Source: Camelus ferus (lineage: Eukaryota). From it: a stretch of DNA of 64,000 bases. Below are positions 12,986 to 26,400 of the stretch, one piece after another. The notes under the pieces are model-generated. The model was not told the DNA's origin, made no database searches, and was given only the letters and a program-made list of their open reading frames with translations. The stretch spans positions 58,530,001 through 58,594,000 of the forward strand of contig NC_045697.1 of the NCBI RefSeq assembly GCF_009834535.1, read 5' to 3'. Within the stretch, counting starts at the first letter, position 1. The number at the start of each line of letters is the position of its first letter. Made by a program: the position numbers and the translations under genes.

Positions 12986-13648
12986 ATCCAGCAAAGAGAT
13001 TATGGTAAGAGCTACATAAAGGAAAAGGGCATTCTTAAACTTCTATTTCACATCTATTAACATAGCACTGAGCAAACAATAGTAATTCATGAAATGCTTC
13101 TTGACTGTTAGAACATGGCGTTTAATTTTAGTTCTTTCCCTCTAGATTTAATACAAAAAAGCTGATTTTTGGAAGGCTAAACATAGGAATGACTATATTT
13201 TTCTTACTGACAGTAACAACTTTTATTTTAATTAGTTTATAATTGTCTGATAATTCATACCAATTTCCCCTGTGGGATGGTGTCATATCATCCCACCTTG
13301 TTTTACCAGTGCAATTGGTCACATGTGATTGTTACAGAGTCTTCACTCCAAAATTCATGCTTAAGTGTGATCTAACACATACACACACTACATTAATTTA
13401 GTAAATAAAATGAGCACAAACGTAATATGACTAATATAGACATATTTCAATGTTCATTAGCTTTGTATTTGAAGTTCATAGATTTATTTGATAAACCCTT
13501 AGTGATTGCATCCACGTGTCAGGCACGAGGGTTATATCAGTGAACTAATTAGAAACGACCCTTGCTTTCATGGAGATCACCTCCCAGAGAAAGAGTTAGA
13601 CAATAAGCAGGCAACTTAAAAGTAATAATAATAAAAATATAATTTTAT

Positions 13649-16600
13649 TTCATTTTTTTAACATTTTTTATTGATTTATAATCATTTTACAATGTTGTGT
13701 CAAATTCCAGTGTAATGCACAATTTTTCAGTTATACATGAACATATATATATTCATTGTCACATTTTTTTTCGCTGTGAGCTGCCATAAGATCTTGTGTA
13801 TATTTCCCTGTGCTATACAGTATAATCTTGTTTATCTATTCTACATTTTTGAAATCCTGTCTATCCCTTACCACCCTCCGCCCACTTGGCAACCACAAGT
13901 TTGTATTCTATGTCTATGATTCTGTTTCTGTTTTGTATTTATGCTTTGTTTGTTTGTTTGTTTTAGATTCCACATATGAGTGATCTCATATGGTATTTTT
14001 CTTTTTCTTTCTGGCTTACTTCACTTAGAATGACATTCTCTAGGAGCATCCATGTTGCTGCAAATGGCGTATGTTGTCGGTTTTTATGGCTGAGTAGTAT
14101 TCCATTGTATAAATATACCACCTCTTCTTTATCCAGTCATCTGTTGATGGACATTTAGGCTGTCTCCATGTCTTGACTATTGTAAATAGTGCTGCTATGA
14201 ACATTGGGGTGCAGGTGTCATTTTGAAGTAGGGTTCCTTCTGGATATATGCCCAGGAGTGGGATTCCTGGGTCATACGGTAAGTCTATTCCTACTAGTCT
14301 TTTGAGGAATCTCCATATTGTTTTCCACAGTGGCTGCACCAAACTGCATTCCCACCAGCAGTGTAGGAGGGTTCCCCTTTCACCACAGCCTCTCCAGCAT
14401 TTGTCATTTGTGGATTTTTGAATGATGGCCATTCTGACTGCTGTGAGGTGATATCTCATTGTAGTTTTTGACTTGCATTTCCCTGATAATTAGTGATATT
14501 GAGCATTTTTTCATGTGCCTATTGATCATTTGTATGTCTTCCTTGGAGAATCGCTTGTTTAGGTCTTTTGCCCATTTTTGGATTGGGTTGTTTGCTTTTT
14601 TCTTATTAAGTCGTATGAGCTGCTTATATATTCTGGAGATCAAGCCTTTGTTGGTTTCATTTGCAAAAATTTTCTCCCATTCCGTAGGTTGTCTTTTTGT
14701 TTTACTTATGGTTTTCTTTGCTGTGCAGAAGCTTGTCAGTTTCACTAGGTCCCATTATTCTTGGTTTTATTTCTATTGCTTGAGTAGACTGTTCTAGGAG
14801 AACATTTTTGAGATGTATGTCAGATAATGTTTTGCCTATGTTTTCTTCTAGGAGGTTTATTGTATCTTGTCTTATGTTTAAGTCTTTGATCAATTTTGAG
14901 TTTATTTTTGTGTATGGTGTAAGGGAGTGTTCTAGATTCATTGCTTTACATGCTGCTATCCAGTTTTCCCAACACCATTTGCTCATGAGACTGTCTTTAT
15001 TCCATTGTATATTCTTGCCTCCTTTGTCGAAGATTAGTTGATCAAAAGTTTGCGGGTTCATTTCTGGGCTCTCTATTCTGTTTCATTGGTCTATATGTCT
15101 GTTTTTCTACCAATACCATGTTGTCTTGATGACTGTGGCTCTATAGTATTGTCTGAAGTCTGGGAGAGTTATTCCTCCAGCCTCTTTCTCTTCAGTAATG
15201 CCTTGGCAATTCTAGGTCTTTGATGGTTCCATATAAATTTTATTATGATTTGTTCTAGTTCTGTGAAGTATGTCCTGGGTAATTGGATAGGGATTGCATA
15301 AATCTGTAGATTGCCTTGGGCAGTGTGACCATTTTAACAATATTGATTCTTCCAATCCAAGAGCATGGGATATCTTTCCATTTTTTAAAATCTTCTTTAA
15401 TTTCCTTCATCAATGGTTTATAGTTTTCTGTGTATAATTCTTTCACCTCCTTGGTTAGATTTATTCCTATGTATTTTATTACTTTGGGTGCTATTTTAAA
15501 GGGGATTGTTTCTTTACTTTCTTTTTCTGTTGATTCATTGTTAGTGTAAAGAAATGCAACTGATTTTTGAACGTTAATCTTATAACCTGCTATCTTGCTG
15601 AATTCTTTGATCAGCTCTAGTAGTTTTTGTGTGGATCTTTTAGGGTTTTCTATATATAGTAACATGTCATCGGCATATAGTGACACTTTTGCCTCTTCTT
15701 TTCCAATTTGGATCCCTTTTATTTCTCTCTCTTGCCTGATTGCTGTGGCTAGGACTTCCAAGGCTATGTTGAATAGGAGTGGTGATAGTGGGCATCCTTG
15801 TCTTGGCCCAGATTTTAGTGGGAAGCTTTTGAGTTTTTCACCATTGAGTACTATGCTGGCTGTAGGTTTGTCATATATAGCTTTTATGATGTTGAGATAT
15901 GTTCCTTCTATACCCACTTTGGTGAGAGTTTTTATCATAAACAGGTGTTGAATTTTATCAAATGCTTTTTCTGCATCTATTGAGATGATCATGTGGTTTT
16001 TGTCCTTTCTCTTGTTGATATGATGTATTACATTGATTGATTTGCCTATGTTGAACCATGCTTGTGTCCCTGGGATGAACCCCACTTGGTCATGATGTAT
16101 AATCTTTTTTATGTGTTGTTGGATTCTATTTGCTAAAATTTTGGTGAGGATTTTGGCGTCTACGTTCATCAGTGATATTGGCCTATAATTCTCTTTTTTG
16201 GTAGTGTCTTTGCCTGGTTTTGGTATCAGGGTGATGGTGGCTTCATAGAATGAGTGTGGGAGTATTCCCTCCTTTCAGTCTTCTGGAAGAGTCTGAGAAG
16301 GACTGGTATGAGTTCTTCTTTGTATGTTTGGTAGAATTCCCCAGTGAAGCCATCTGGTCCTGGACTTTTATTTGTAGAGAGGTTTTTTTTATTACTATTT
16401 CGATTTCATTTCTAGTGATCTGTTTGTTCAAGTGGTCAGTTTCTTCTTGATTCAGTCTTAGTGGACTGTATGTTTCCAGAAACTTGTCCATCTCCTCTAG
16501 GTTATCCAGTTTGGTTCCATATAGTTTTTCATAATATTCTCGTATGATGTTCTATATTTCTATTTTATTTGTTGTAATTTCTCCATTTTCCTTTCTTATT

Positions 16601-17425
16601 TTGCTAATTTGTGTTCTCTCTTTTTTCTTCTTTGTGAGTTTGGCCAGAGGTTTGTCGATTTTATTTACTTTTTCAAAAAAGCAGCTTTTGGTTTGACTGA
16701 TATTTTCTATGGTTTTTTAAATCTCTATTTTATTTATTTCCTCCCTGATCTTTATAATTTCCTTCCTTCTGCTGCCTTTAGGGGTTTTTTGTTCTTCTTT
16801 TTCTAGTTCTTTTAGTTGATGGGTTAAATTGTTTATTTGAGATTGTCCTTCTTTTTTGAGGAAGGCCTGTATCGCTATAAACTTCCCTCTTAGCACTGCC
16901 TTTGCTGTGTCCCATAAATTTTGTGTGGTTGTGCTTTCATTTAAATTTGTCTCAAGGTATTTTTTAATTTCAGCTTTGATTTCCTCATTGACCCATTGGT
17001 TTTTTAATAGCATATTGTTCAATCTCCATGCTTTCCTTTTTTTCTCCTTTGTTTCTCTGTTGTTGATTTCTAGTTTCATGGCATTGTGGTCAGTAAAGAT
17101 GCTTGTGATAATTTCTATCTTCTTAAAATTGTTGAGGTTTCTTTTGTGCCCAATTACATGATCAATCCTAGAAAATGTCCCATGTGCACTTGAAAAGAAT
17201 GTATATCCTATTTTTGAGGGGTGTGATGCTCTGAAAATATCCACCAAATCTAATTTTTTTTTAGTTTCTCTGGTGCCTTATTTATTTTCTGTCTGGAAGA
17301 TCTGTCTAGTGATGTTAATGCGGTGTTAAAATCTCCAACTATGATTGATTCCCATCAATATCCCCCTTTATCTCTGTTAGTAATTGTTTTATGTGTTTAG
17401 GTGCTCCTATATTGGGTGCATATAT
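13649..17425 (-). mobile_element. 5'-truncated LINE-1 (about 3.8 kb; ORF2 from mid-endonuclease to 3'UTR), frameshifted, same orientation as ADGRL3
   Basis: ORF2 fragments: IYAPNIGAPKHIKQ (EN); [16 protein letters not shown]...[21 protein letters not shown] and [10 protein letters not shown] (RT); [18 protein letters not shown] (C-terminal). AATAAA at 13672-13667. 11-bp TSD TATAATTTTAT at 13638-13648 and 17426-17436. Confidence 0.96.
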
Positions 17426-17686
17426 TATAATTTTATATAATGGTAAGTAAATAGATGCTATGAAGTAGCATTGGCATAAGATGGCTAATGGGAAAAGAGT
17501 GACTGGGAAAGAGAATCTACCTTTGGGGAGATAGGGAAAATCTTGCCTAAAGTTGAAAGATTTACACCGAGCAGTGAATGACAGAGAAGCTTCTATAAAA
17601 GAAATGTAAAAATTGCACTCCAGAAGAAAAAATATAAAATATCTATGGAGGAACACTTGTGTATTCAAGAAAGAGAATTAAGACTA

Positions 17687-18485
17687 AATTAGGGATCCCT
17701 TGAGTACTGTTGGTGAAAATATAATTGATGCAGCCATTATGGAAAACAGTAAGAGATTCTTCAAAAAATTTAAAATAGAACTACCATACGATCCAACAAT
17801 TTATCTGGGCATTTATCTGAACCAAACAAAAACGCCAGCTGGAAAAAGATCTATGCACTCCCATGTCCATTGCAAAATTATTTACAATAGCCAAGAAATA
17901 GAAACAACCTAAGTATCCATCGATGGATGAATGGATAAAGAAAATGTTATACATATAATTACATATACATAAATACAAATGGAAAGTGGAATATTATTCA
18001 GCCATAAAAAGGGAAATTTTGCCATTTGCTACAACATGGATGAACCTTGAGGACATTATGCTTAGTGAAATAAGTCAGACAGAGATAGACATTTATTGTA
18101 TGATCTCACTTATATGTGGAATCTTAAAAACAAACAAACTAATACAGAAAACAGACTGCTGGTTGCTAGAGGTGAGGAATGGTGTAGGCAAAATGGGTTG
18201 AGAGGGTAAAATGGAAAAACTTCCACTGATAAAACACGTAAGTAATAGGGATGTAATGTATGGTGTGGTGAGTATAGTTAATTTTCTATTTCGACAGCTG
18301 ATAAGTGAGTAGATCTTAAAAGCTCTCCTCATAAGAAAAAGAAATTGTAACTATGTGAGGTGATGGATGTTAACTAGACTTACTCTGGTGATCATTTCAC
18401 AATACACACAAATATCAATTAATTATGCTGTACACCTGAAACTATATAATGTTTTATGTCAATTATGTATCAATTTAAAAAATAA
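17687..18485 (+). mobile_element. L1MA-like 3' fragment with degenerate TSD
   Basis: ORFs 17700..17912 and 17986..18201 (MEYYSAIKREILPFATTWMNLEDIMLSEISQ) are the L1 ORF2 C-terminus. A-rich end. TSD AGAAT(T/C)AAGACTA at 17674-17686 and 18486-18498. Confidence 0.88.
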
Positions 18486-19628
18486 AGAATCAAGACTAGG
18501 CTCCCTGGATCACAGAGAAGATGTTAAAGACTGATGTGAAGTGAAGCAGATAAGGCAGGAGGGTAGGGGACCAGATAGCATGTGGAAGAACTGTTAAGCC
18601 ATGTGATTTCATTTTAAGTGTAACTGAAGGGGAACTGGTCAAATTTATGTTTCAGGAAGAACCCTCTGTCAACTGGATATACTGTTTGGGGGCAAGAGTC
18701 AAAGAAGGGAAACCATCTAGGAAGCTACTGCAGGAATCTGATTTTGCTCTACAGAAAATCTTACTGTCTGCCTCAAAATTCAAATAAGCAACATAACAAT
18801 AAGTTCAGTCTTATAAGATTTCCAACACTTGTGAAAAAAAAAAACTTTGCTCTGCTGGCAACAAACATAATTGTTGTTTTTCTTGCCATTATTTAACGGG
18901 CTCTTCTTTTTTCCAGGCTATTCACTTTGTAATATGAAACAACTGCTTTGAGTTGGTTGCTGCAACCTGAGGTCATCTTCCTATCACCTAACAGGTTAAA
19001 GGCTCTCACTTCCTTAGCAAAATACATGTTTTAAAAAATTTTAATATTAGGACTGAGACTTTATGAGATTATTTATTTAATTTTAATGATATTCAGTAAA
19101 CATAACCTAGTACTAAGTTGACCTTTATCTGCCAATTCCATTCCCCAAAACCATCTCCTTACAGTTACATGTCCTATATGCTTTGCAAAGGAAAAGCATA
19201 AAAACACCCTCTAAAAGAATAATGAATAATGTAAAAAACATACAATTTTAAAACTACAAGTAAAATTTCCATTAAAAATTTTAGAAACTATATCTGTCAA
19301 CTCAGTGAGAGTTATTCTTTTTAAGGAAAAAAGTCAGAAATCTGGATTTTGTTGTTTATTAATTTCCCTCACATTTAAGTTTCTAGCATTTTTCTACAAC
19401 TGAAAAGTGACAGAATAATTTCCAAACCTAACTGAGGATCCTGTAGAGCAAATATTGCAGTATTGTTGGTGCAGGAGATAAGAAAGGGGCGGGGGGAGGA
19501 GATGAAAGAGAATAGTGGAGTGAGAGGAGGAGAGCTTCTAGGTAGCAGATCTAAAATTCTAAGCCAAGACGCAAGGAATTCACAGCAAGTGCAATTTTAT
19601 CAAGCTTAATAAATAAACGCTAACCTAC

Positions 19629-19751
19629 CGTTTCGGCCATTTTGTTTCAGGGTATTTGCAGAAAGCTGGATAGTGCTTCCATGGCCCATGTTCTCTGGAA
19701 ACTTTAGGTCTTCTAAGTTTCCTTCTGTGCTCAGCCTCGCAACTTCCAATT
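19629..19751 (-). CDS. ADGRL3: ADGRL3 exon (123 nt, phase 1/1): GAIN domain
   Basis: Acceptor cattaacag|AATTG, donor AACG|gtaggt. Hand translation: (Q)[40 protein letters not shown](G). Confidence 0.96.
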
Positions 19752-20705
19752 CTGTTAATGGAAGAGAGATAATCAGTGCTCATTGAGAAACATGCCAAAG
19801 TTAAGATAATCTAATTAATGAAATATTTCTGAACTCTAAACACTGGAATTAATGTTCCATCTGCAATACTTTATAATAGTTCAGCCTTTTATTTAGAGAG
19901 TTTTTTTTTTAGTATTTTAATTTTTTTAAATAAAGCAAATAAAAGCTATTAAAATCAGGTAAATAAGAATATAAAAATAACAATTATAAAGCCTAGAATT
20001 TAAAACTCAAGCTCAAATCCTTATAGTTTGTCACTGACTGCAAGTTTTCTTCCAAAATGTTATATTTATTTTATGAATTAAGTGAAAATCCTTTTATAAT
20101 CTAGAGCTATACTATTATATCAATACTGATCTATCTTTAAATCTAATCAGTTTGAAATAGCTTTATAAAATCTTCTGAAATAAAACTGTCAGCTACATCC
20201 TTAGATACACTAAAAATAGATTTAGTCTTTATGAGCCAATAACACAATTACTAAAAATTGTTTTATCACCTTCACTTAAATGACTGAATTCTTTATAGTT
20301 TATAATTAAGAGACATTCTTATAATTGAAGTGACCCATGAGGATAAAATTTTAAATACTACTAAACATAAACATACATATATACACATAAAATACATATA
20401 TATATTAAAAACTAAAAAAAAAATAAATAAATGGACCTTACTGTAAGTGACCTCAGGCTAATATATCCAATATTGGAAAATCCTAAGGATACATACATGA
20501 TTATGAGGATACTTCTAAGCCAATGACAGGTGATAGCCCCCTAATTATAGAAAAATAATAACCTATCTCTGCTGAAACAAAGTATCAGTGCATAATATCT
20601 GGTCCACCATAGATGACACTTTTTTTCTTTTCCCTCTTCTGCTGTACAAGATGATACTTTTTTCTTGTACCTCTCTGGTCCTTCTGTATAACAAAGGCCA
20701 CTTAC

Positions 20706-20889
20706 GAATATTATCTGTGTTCTCCCTGACGATGTCAGTCTTCAAAAGGTTATCAGCCAGCACAAAAGCACTTTCCTCCACAGTGTCAAGCAACATGGTG
20801 GCTGCACGTAGTTGATCACTTGTAGTCAGGTCTCTCCACGCATTTGAGGCTTGTGGCTGGAGAAGGTTGTTAACTGTCTCAACCATTGC
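20706..20889 (-). CDS. ADGRL3: ADGRL3 exon (184 nt, phase 0/1): GAIN domain
   Basis: Acceptor tcctcttgtag|GCAATG, donor ATTC|gtaagt. Encodes AMVETVNNLLQPQASNAWRDLTTSDQLRAATMLLDTVEESAFVLADNLLKTDIVRENTDNI. Confidence 0.97.
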
Positions 20890-22893
20890 CTACAAGAGGA
20901 TGAACAGAATGACAGAGGTCTCTAGTGAGCCCACAGAGCTGTCAGAAATCCAGGTGTACATGTTGCCCAGCAAGCAAGGATCAGCGGTGTGCATGAGTTC
21001 AGTATTGTCCCAGCCTCCCCTGTGACATGCTGCAGTGGAAGCATTCATTATTTTGTTCTGTAAAACCCTAGCTGAGACTTTGCAAGGCAATGGAAAAACC
21101 TGCTTCTGTTTTGAAGGACAACAAATAGAGCCATGTTTGCTTCTTAAAATCAACAGCAAAGCCTTCAATAAGACTATAATCACATAATTAAATGATTTGG
21201 CTAGGGAACCACTGGCAAGTAATTTAAACCAACACTTTTATCACATCACCACAAAAAATGATTTTTTATACCTCACCATAAAACTAGATGCTGAACACAG
21301 AAATCAGAAAGATGACTACAGACAGGATAATATAAGAATTTGTTGCTTATAGGTTGAGGACTCACTGAGCAAACCAATTTTTTTTTTAGCCAGCTAGTAA
21401 AATGTCAGAATGGGGAAAATATCAAGTTGGAACAACTGCCTGTTGGAACTTGCTACCTGTGGCCCTCAGGTGTTTTTCCTTAAAAAAAAAAATCAGCAGT
21501 AGGTACACTTACAGGTAGGGATAAAGCATCACATTTCTCCTTGCATCATTCAAAAGAATCATCTCTCTAGTTACAATGAATATATTTCCTGTGGTTAACT
21601 TTATGCTCTAGGTTACAGGAAAAGACAGCTCTTCCAATAGGGTCTTCTTAAGGTTTCACTCAAACATACAGAATTGCAAAACAAAAAAACACAACGCCTG
21701 CAGTTTGAAAGTGATCATCCTTGAACCTGTTGATTATGAAATATGCACCTAATCCAGAAATAAAATAGAAGAAACAGCCAACACAGGGACTTTCTAGGCA
21801 GCACATAGGTGTTTTAAAACAGGACTCACATTATTGACACGTTGGCAGAGGAGCTGGGAGAGCCATTACACTGCAGTGTTTTCTTCTGGCTGGTGTTTTC
21901 ATAGTAACCAAGTAACAACTGTTAAAAATTCAGCTTCATAATGAAACACCTTGGCTGCCAATTAACACCAGCTTCAAAAACTAATTTGCCTTTTGATAAA
22001 AGCTGTTTTTCTTGATATTTTTCCCAGCTATTCCAAGTTCTGGCCAAAATTCAACATCACTGGACTTTTCCATAAAATAGTCCTACTTGCAACTTGAGTA
22101 CTTTGCATCATTTAAAAAAAAAATTCTTTCATGAGTTTAATGACTGGGCATTTTCACATAGGATGCTTAGCTCTGTCATTTGTTCTGGGTTTAAAGCATG
22201 AACTAGAAGCCAGACAAAAGCATTTCTGGATCACAACAATATAATCTGCTTTCCAGGAAGTTCTCCATAGGGGTAATGCCAACAGGATATGCCAAAAAAA
22301 GAAGTGCCAGATAGAAAAAGAAAAAAATAAAAAAAAGTTTAGGTATTTTCTAAAGCCAAACAGAGAACACAGACCTCTTGACTGCAAAGAACTGTTCTTT
22401 CTGGGATTAGATGATCCTCTGAATTCATTAGAAATGCTCTGAAAATCCCATATGCAACAGAAATTATGCCTGTTCTTTAAGGAGCAGCCTTTTAACATTA
22501 GTGAATAATCTTCCACTGATTAATTTAAATCTTACCTCTGGGAAAATTTATTGGGGATAATGCAATATTTCTGTTCTGCCCTTTATTGCTTTTAATTTCT
22601 TTAAAAATGCAAAAGGAGAAAAAAAGAAAAGAAAAAAGAGAAAGAAGTAACTATGGTCAACTCTGAGAATGTTGTAAATAGGAAGCTATGTACAACAGTC
22701 TGCTTTAGCTAAAATACAGTGTCATTAAGTTGACAGCACATAAATCAAATACACCCATTATTATCTTAGTTTTGCAACTGAAAATGTATAAGATGAAATT
22801 TTTTTTCATAGTTATACTTTTTGAGTACATTTTAACAACTACATCTTCCCAAATTAGACAGTCTTTAGAGAAGTTTTCTATTAAAGCCCAAAT

Positions 22894-23132
22894 AGGGGTA
22901 GGGATAAATTAGGAGTTTGGGATTAACAGATACAAACTACTATGTACAAAATAGATAAACAACAAAGTTGTATATCACAGAGAACTATATTCAGTATCAT
23001 GTAATAAACTATAATGTAAAAACTATGAAAAAGAATATATATATATATGTACAACTGAATCTCTTTGCTGTACACCAGAAACTAAGACAACATTGCAAAT
23101 CAACTATACTTTAAAAAAAAAAAAAAAAAAAA
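22894..23132 (+). mobile_element. Short L1 3'-UTR insertion (artiodactyl/laurasiatherian type) with poly(A) tail
   Basis: gggataaattaggagtttgggattaacagatacaaactac...tgtacaccagaaactaa...aatcaactatact followed by about A23. TSD AAAG(C/T)CCAAAT at 22883-22893 and 23133-23143, preceded by TT (L1 EN TT/AAA site). Confidence 0.88.
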
Positions 23133-23334
23133 AAAGTCCAAATGATTTCCAAGTTAACTGCCGAAACCACAGACTTAAATTTTGGCCCTAAAACCTGGGT
23201 GGGTTAAGACACAAATCTAATATTTATTTATTCTTAAAACAGCACCTGTTATGATTGCCTAAGTATAAATGAAAGGAGATGTCAACACAAGCAGTGAGAG
23301 ACAGAATTCTCTAGGCTAAAATTAGTGTGGGGTT

Positions 23335-23485
23335 TGCAACTACATCTGCTGAGTTTGTAACTGGATTCTGCTGCTTTCCTAGTTGTGTGCTTTTGGGCAA
23401 GTTACTTCTTTGTATTCATCTGTAAATTGGAGATGATAATATAATCATTTCATAAGGTTGCTTGGCTCATAAGAAGTGCTTAAGG
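23335..23485 (+). mobile_element. MIR SINE remnant
   Basis: ctagttgtgtgcttttgggcaagttactt...catctgtaaattggagatgataat. Confidence 0.65.
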
Positions 23486-26400
23486 TGCAATCTTGTCTTT
23501 ATTTTCACTGGATATCAAAGTCCAGTGTGGGAAGAAGAGAGGTCTTCACTGAATGGAGCACAAGTCATACCTGACAATTGCAAAATACTCACACTGAAGT
23601 GAGATCTGGAAAGAATAACTCTTCGGGAATGCAATCTTCATATATAGACCTGTTACATAACTAAACTACTATTGATGAATGAGAGAAACAGGTATTAAAT
23701 AGTTCGTAATGTGTTTTCTAGACGCTGGAACTAACCAGTTTTCTACTAGCAAGACAGCACAATTAGGTCAATCATAACAGCTTTAAAATTAATATAATTT
23801 GTGTAAGCTTTCCAAAGATTGTTATGTCCCTGTTACCAGTTCAATGAAGGCCAATAAAATAGTCACAATTCTTCAACGGTAAAAGAATATCTATATTTCA
23901 TTTTCCCTATACATTTATGACTATACATTTTACCTATAAATGATGACATGTGGTAATAAAGTTTTTTGGGTTTTTTTGGTCAAACTAGTTATTTGCATTT
24001 CTTTTGTTAGTTCAACAACATCTCTTTAAAAACAGGTTGATTTTCATTTTATCTGATTACAAAGAAATGAGCTTAACTATACTTAGAACCAAAGTTGACA
24101 GGAAATGTACAATGGATTAAAGTGAGGTACTGGGACATCATTTTAATGTCCAACAGCTCTCACAGATTTCTCTTTTCTGCTATAAATCCTTTTTCTGACC
24201 TAAAACTTATTTTCTAAAGTTGAAAGAAAATAAGATTGGTCCTGAATTCATCTTAAAAAAATTGTATTCTCACCACAATGCCTCAATCCAGGAAGGAAAG
24301 ACAAAAACAAAAACAAAACATCTAATGGTTTTAACATGTATAAACTGAAATAATCTAAAATTTTGAGAGTTAATTTAATCATCAATATCGTCACCAGAAA
24401 CTAAATGTTAATTTGCTCCATTATCGTTTTTAAAATGCTAGAAACTTGAATAGGAAATGGGCCCTGGAATTCATATTCTAGTTCTGCCACTAAATTTAAG
24501 TGTACCTTTGGACAAACTGGCGTTTTCAAACCAATCAACAAAGGGTGAACTACAGAAGAAAATAAATTGCATCATGTTTCAATTCAAGGGTAGTAAGGGC
24601 CATTCTACTATTAGATATTACTCTTCTCATTTTACAGTTTACAATTTACAGACTAGATTCTAAAGTAACTTTCAACTTTCTAAAAATCAAATATAAGTTA
24701 GGAAGTGTGAAAAATCACTTAGATTCATACCAGGATTAGGGACATACCATAACCTTCTGAACATATATTTGCATTACACAATATTATTGGACTTCTTATT
24801 GTTAAATTCAGATTTGAAGCATATTCATTCGACTAATTTTACTCAGAGCATATACTTGGACTATGTGTGTTGAAACATGTTATAAACTGTACAATCACAC
24901 TTTGTATGTTTCAAAAGGGAAGAGTTAGTTATTTGTTAAAACTACTGTGAAAAATTTTGGAGAAAACCAGCTATATATCCTTCCAATAACAACTTCTGTC
25001 ATTCTTCCAGGAGAATGTATTTATGAAATAGCTAGGATTCCTTAGCAAGAATACATAAATGGATCAATGGTGAGAAACATATCAATGGCACATCTCACCC
25101 AGGTGAGCAGTAAATCTTAAACTAAGTAAGCAGAATCACCGGGAATCTTTTTGGCAAGCTTTTTAACCAGGATCTCATTCCGGTTTTAGTTCAGGATCTA
25201 CTGCTCAATCCATTATCAGCTTTTCCAGGGAGAAAATCCATTATCTGTTTTGTTCTCTTTGTATTAGCTATTATTATATAAGGTATCTCTCAGATATTTA
25301 TTTACCTACATGACTATTACAGAGCTCTCACTCAAGAAAAGGTAAGCTTCATGAGGGTGATGACTCTGTCTCATTTGTAAGTGCCAAAAACTCTGCTTAG
25401 TGTTCAGCAACTCTTTGCTGAATGATTGACATCCAGTGAAGATTCACACTTAAGTGAATTTTCTCCATTTTCACACCAGCAGAAAAAAATTTTTCTGGTT
25501 TTATAAGAGCAAAGATTATCTATGAAAAAAACTTATTAACCAGTCAATATTATCTAAATCATTATCATTTCAGAGATTCACTGTCACAATGGGCTCCCAT
25601 TTTAGCACTTAGTTACTTTTAAGAGAGTTATCTGTATTTGGGTCTGGCTTTCTCACTAGATTATGATTTTCTCAGGGGAGAGATCATGCTCATTTTTGTT
25701 TTTCCAGGGTAAATTTTAGTGTCTTGAGACATTTTGGGTACTCAGTAAACGCTCATTAAGCAAAAATAACCTACTTTTACTATCAAATCATGAATACAAT
25801 AGGGAACTGAAAACATCTTCTTCTATACCTCAATAAAAAAAAAATTAAAAAAAAAATCTTTAAGTTCTATAACTTTTTGCCTTATCTCCCAAGAAGTCTT
25901 CTGAGTGCTCAGATATTACCATGGTTTGGAAGGAAGGCAGGGTGAATAATAGGGACTTAGGGAGGAAAGTAGAACCACAGGCTACTGTAGTAGTTTGTAG
26001 TGAATGCAGACCACTATGAATGAAAACTATATTCTACAAAAACCTTTCTAAAATGTTTTCAAATGTGCCAAAGTGCACTTTCAATGTAACTCAATGAGGT
26101 TTTATTAAATACGTATGATATGCAAAGAACTAGGGAAGTTACTGTTGGGTGAGGCTGGGGAAAAGAAGGAAACATGGAGTATTCTCTCAGTTCGCCTACA
26201 CTCCAAAACAGAAGGTAAGCATGTCACATGGGACAAAAGATAATGCATTCTAGCTAAGGAGGATCAAGAAAAGATCCCAGAAGGTGTTTGGATTTGAGTT
26301 GGACACTAAAAGATGAATAAACTTTCTTTAACTATGATAAGGAAATTTGAGGCTGAGGGACATAAAGGAAGTTGATGATAAAAAAAAGGTACTAAGGCAG

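Larger units (their letters stand above)
13480..18745 (-). mobile_element. L2 remnant split by two later L1 insertions (pieces about 13480-13637, 17437-17673 and 18499-18745)
   Basis: Reverse L2 3' end gtgtcaggcac...cagtgaac...cccttgctttcatggagatcac...agacaataagca. It resumes after the first L1 (agatgctatgaag...) and after the second L1 (ggcaagagtcaaagaagggaaaccatctaggaagctactgcagg). Confidence 0.55.

Noticed and set aside
15255..16169. 304-aa reverse transcriptase ORF as a functional or domesticated gene
   Set aside because: It is one of at least six frameshifted fragments of a 5'-truncated L1 ORF2, and starts at an internal non-ATG codon.
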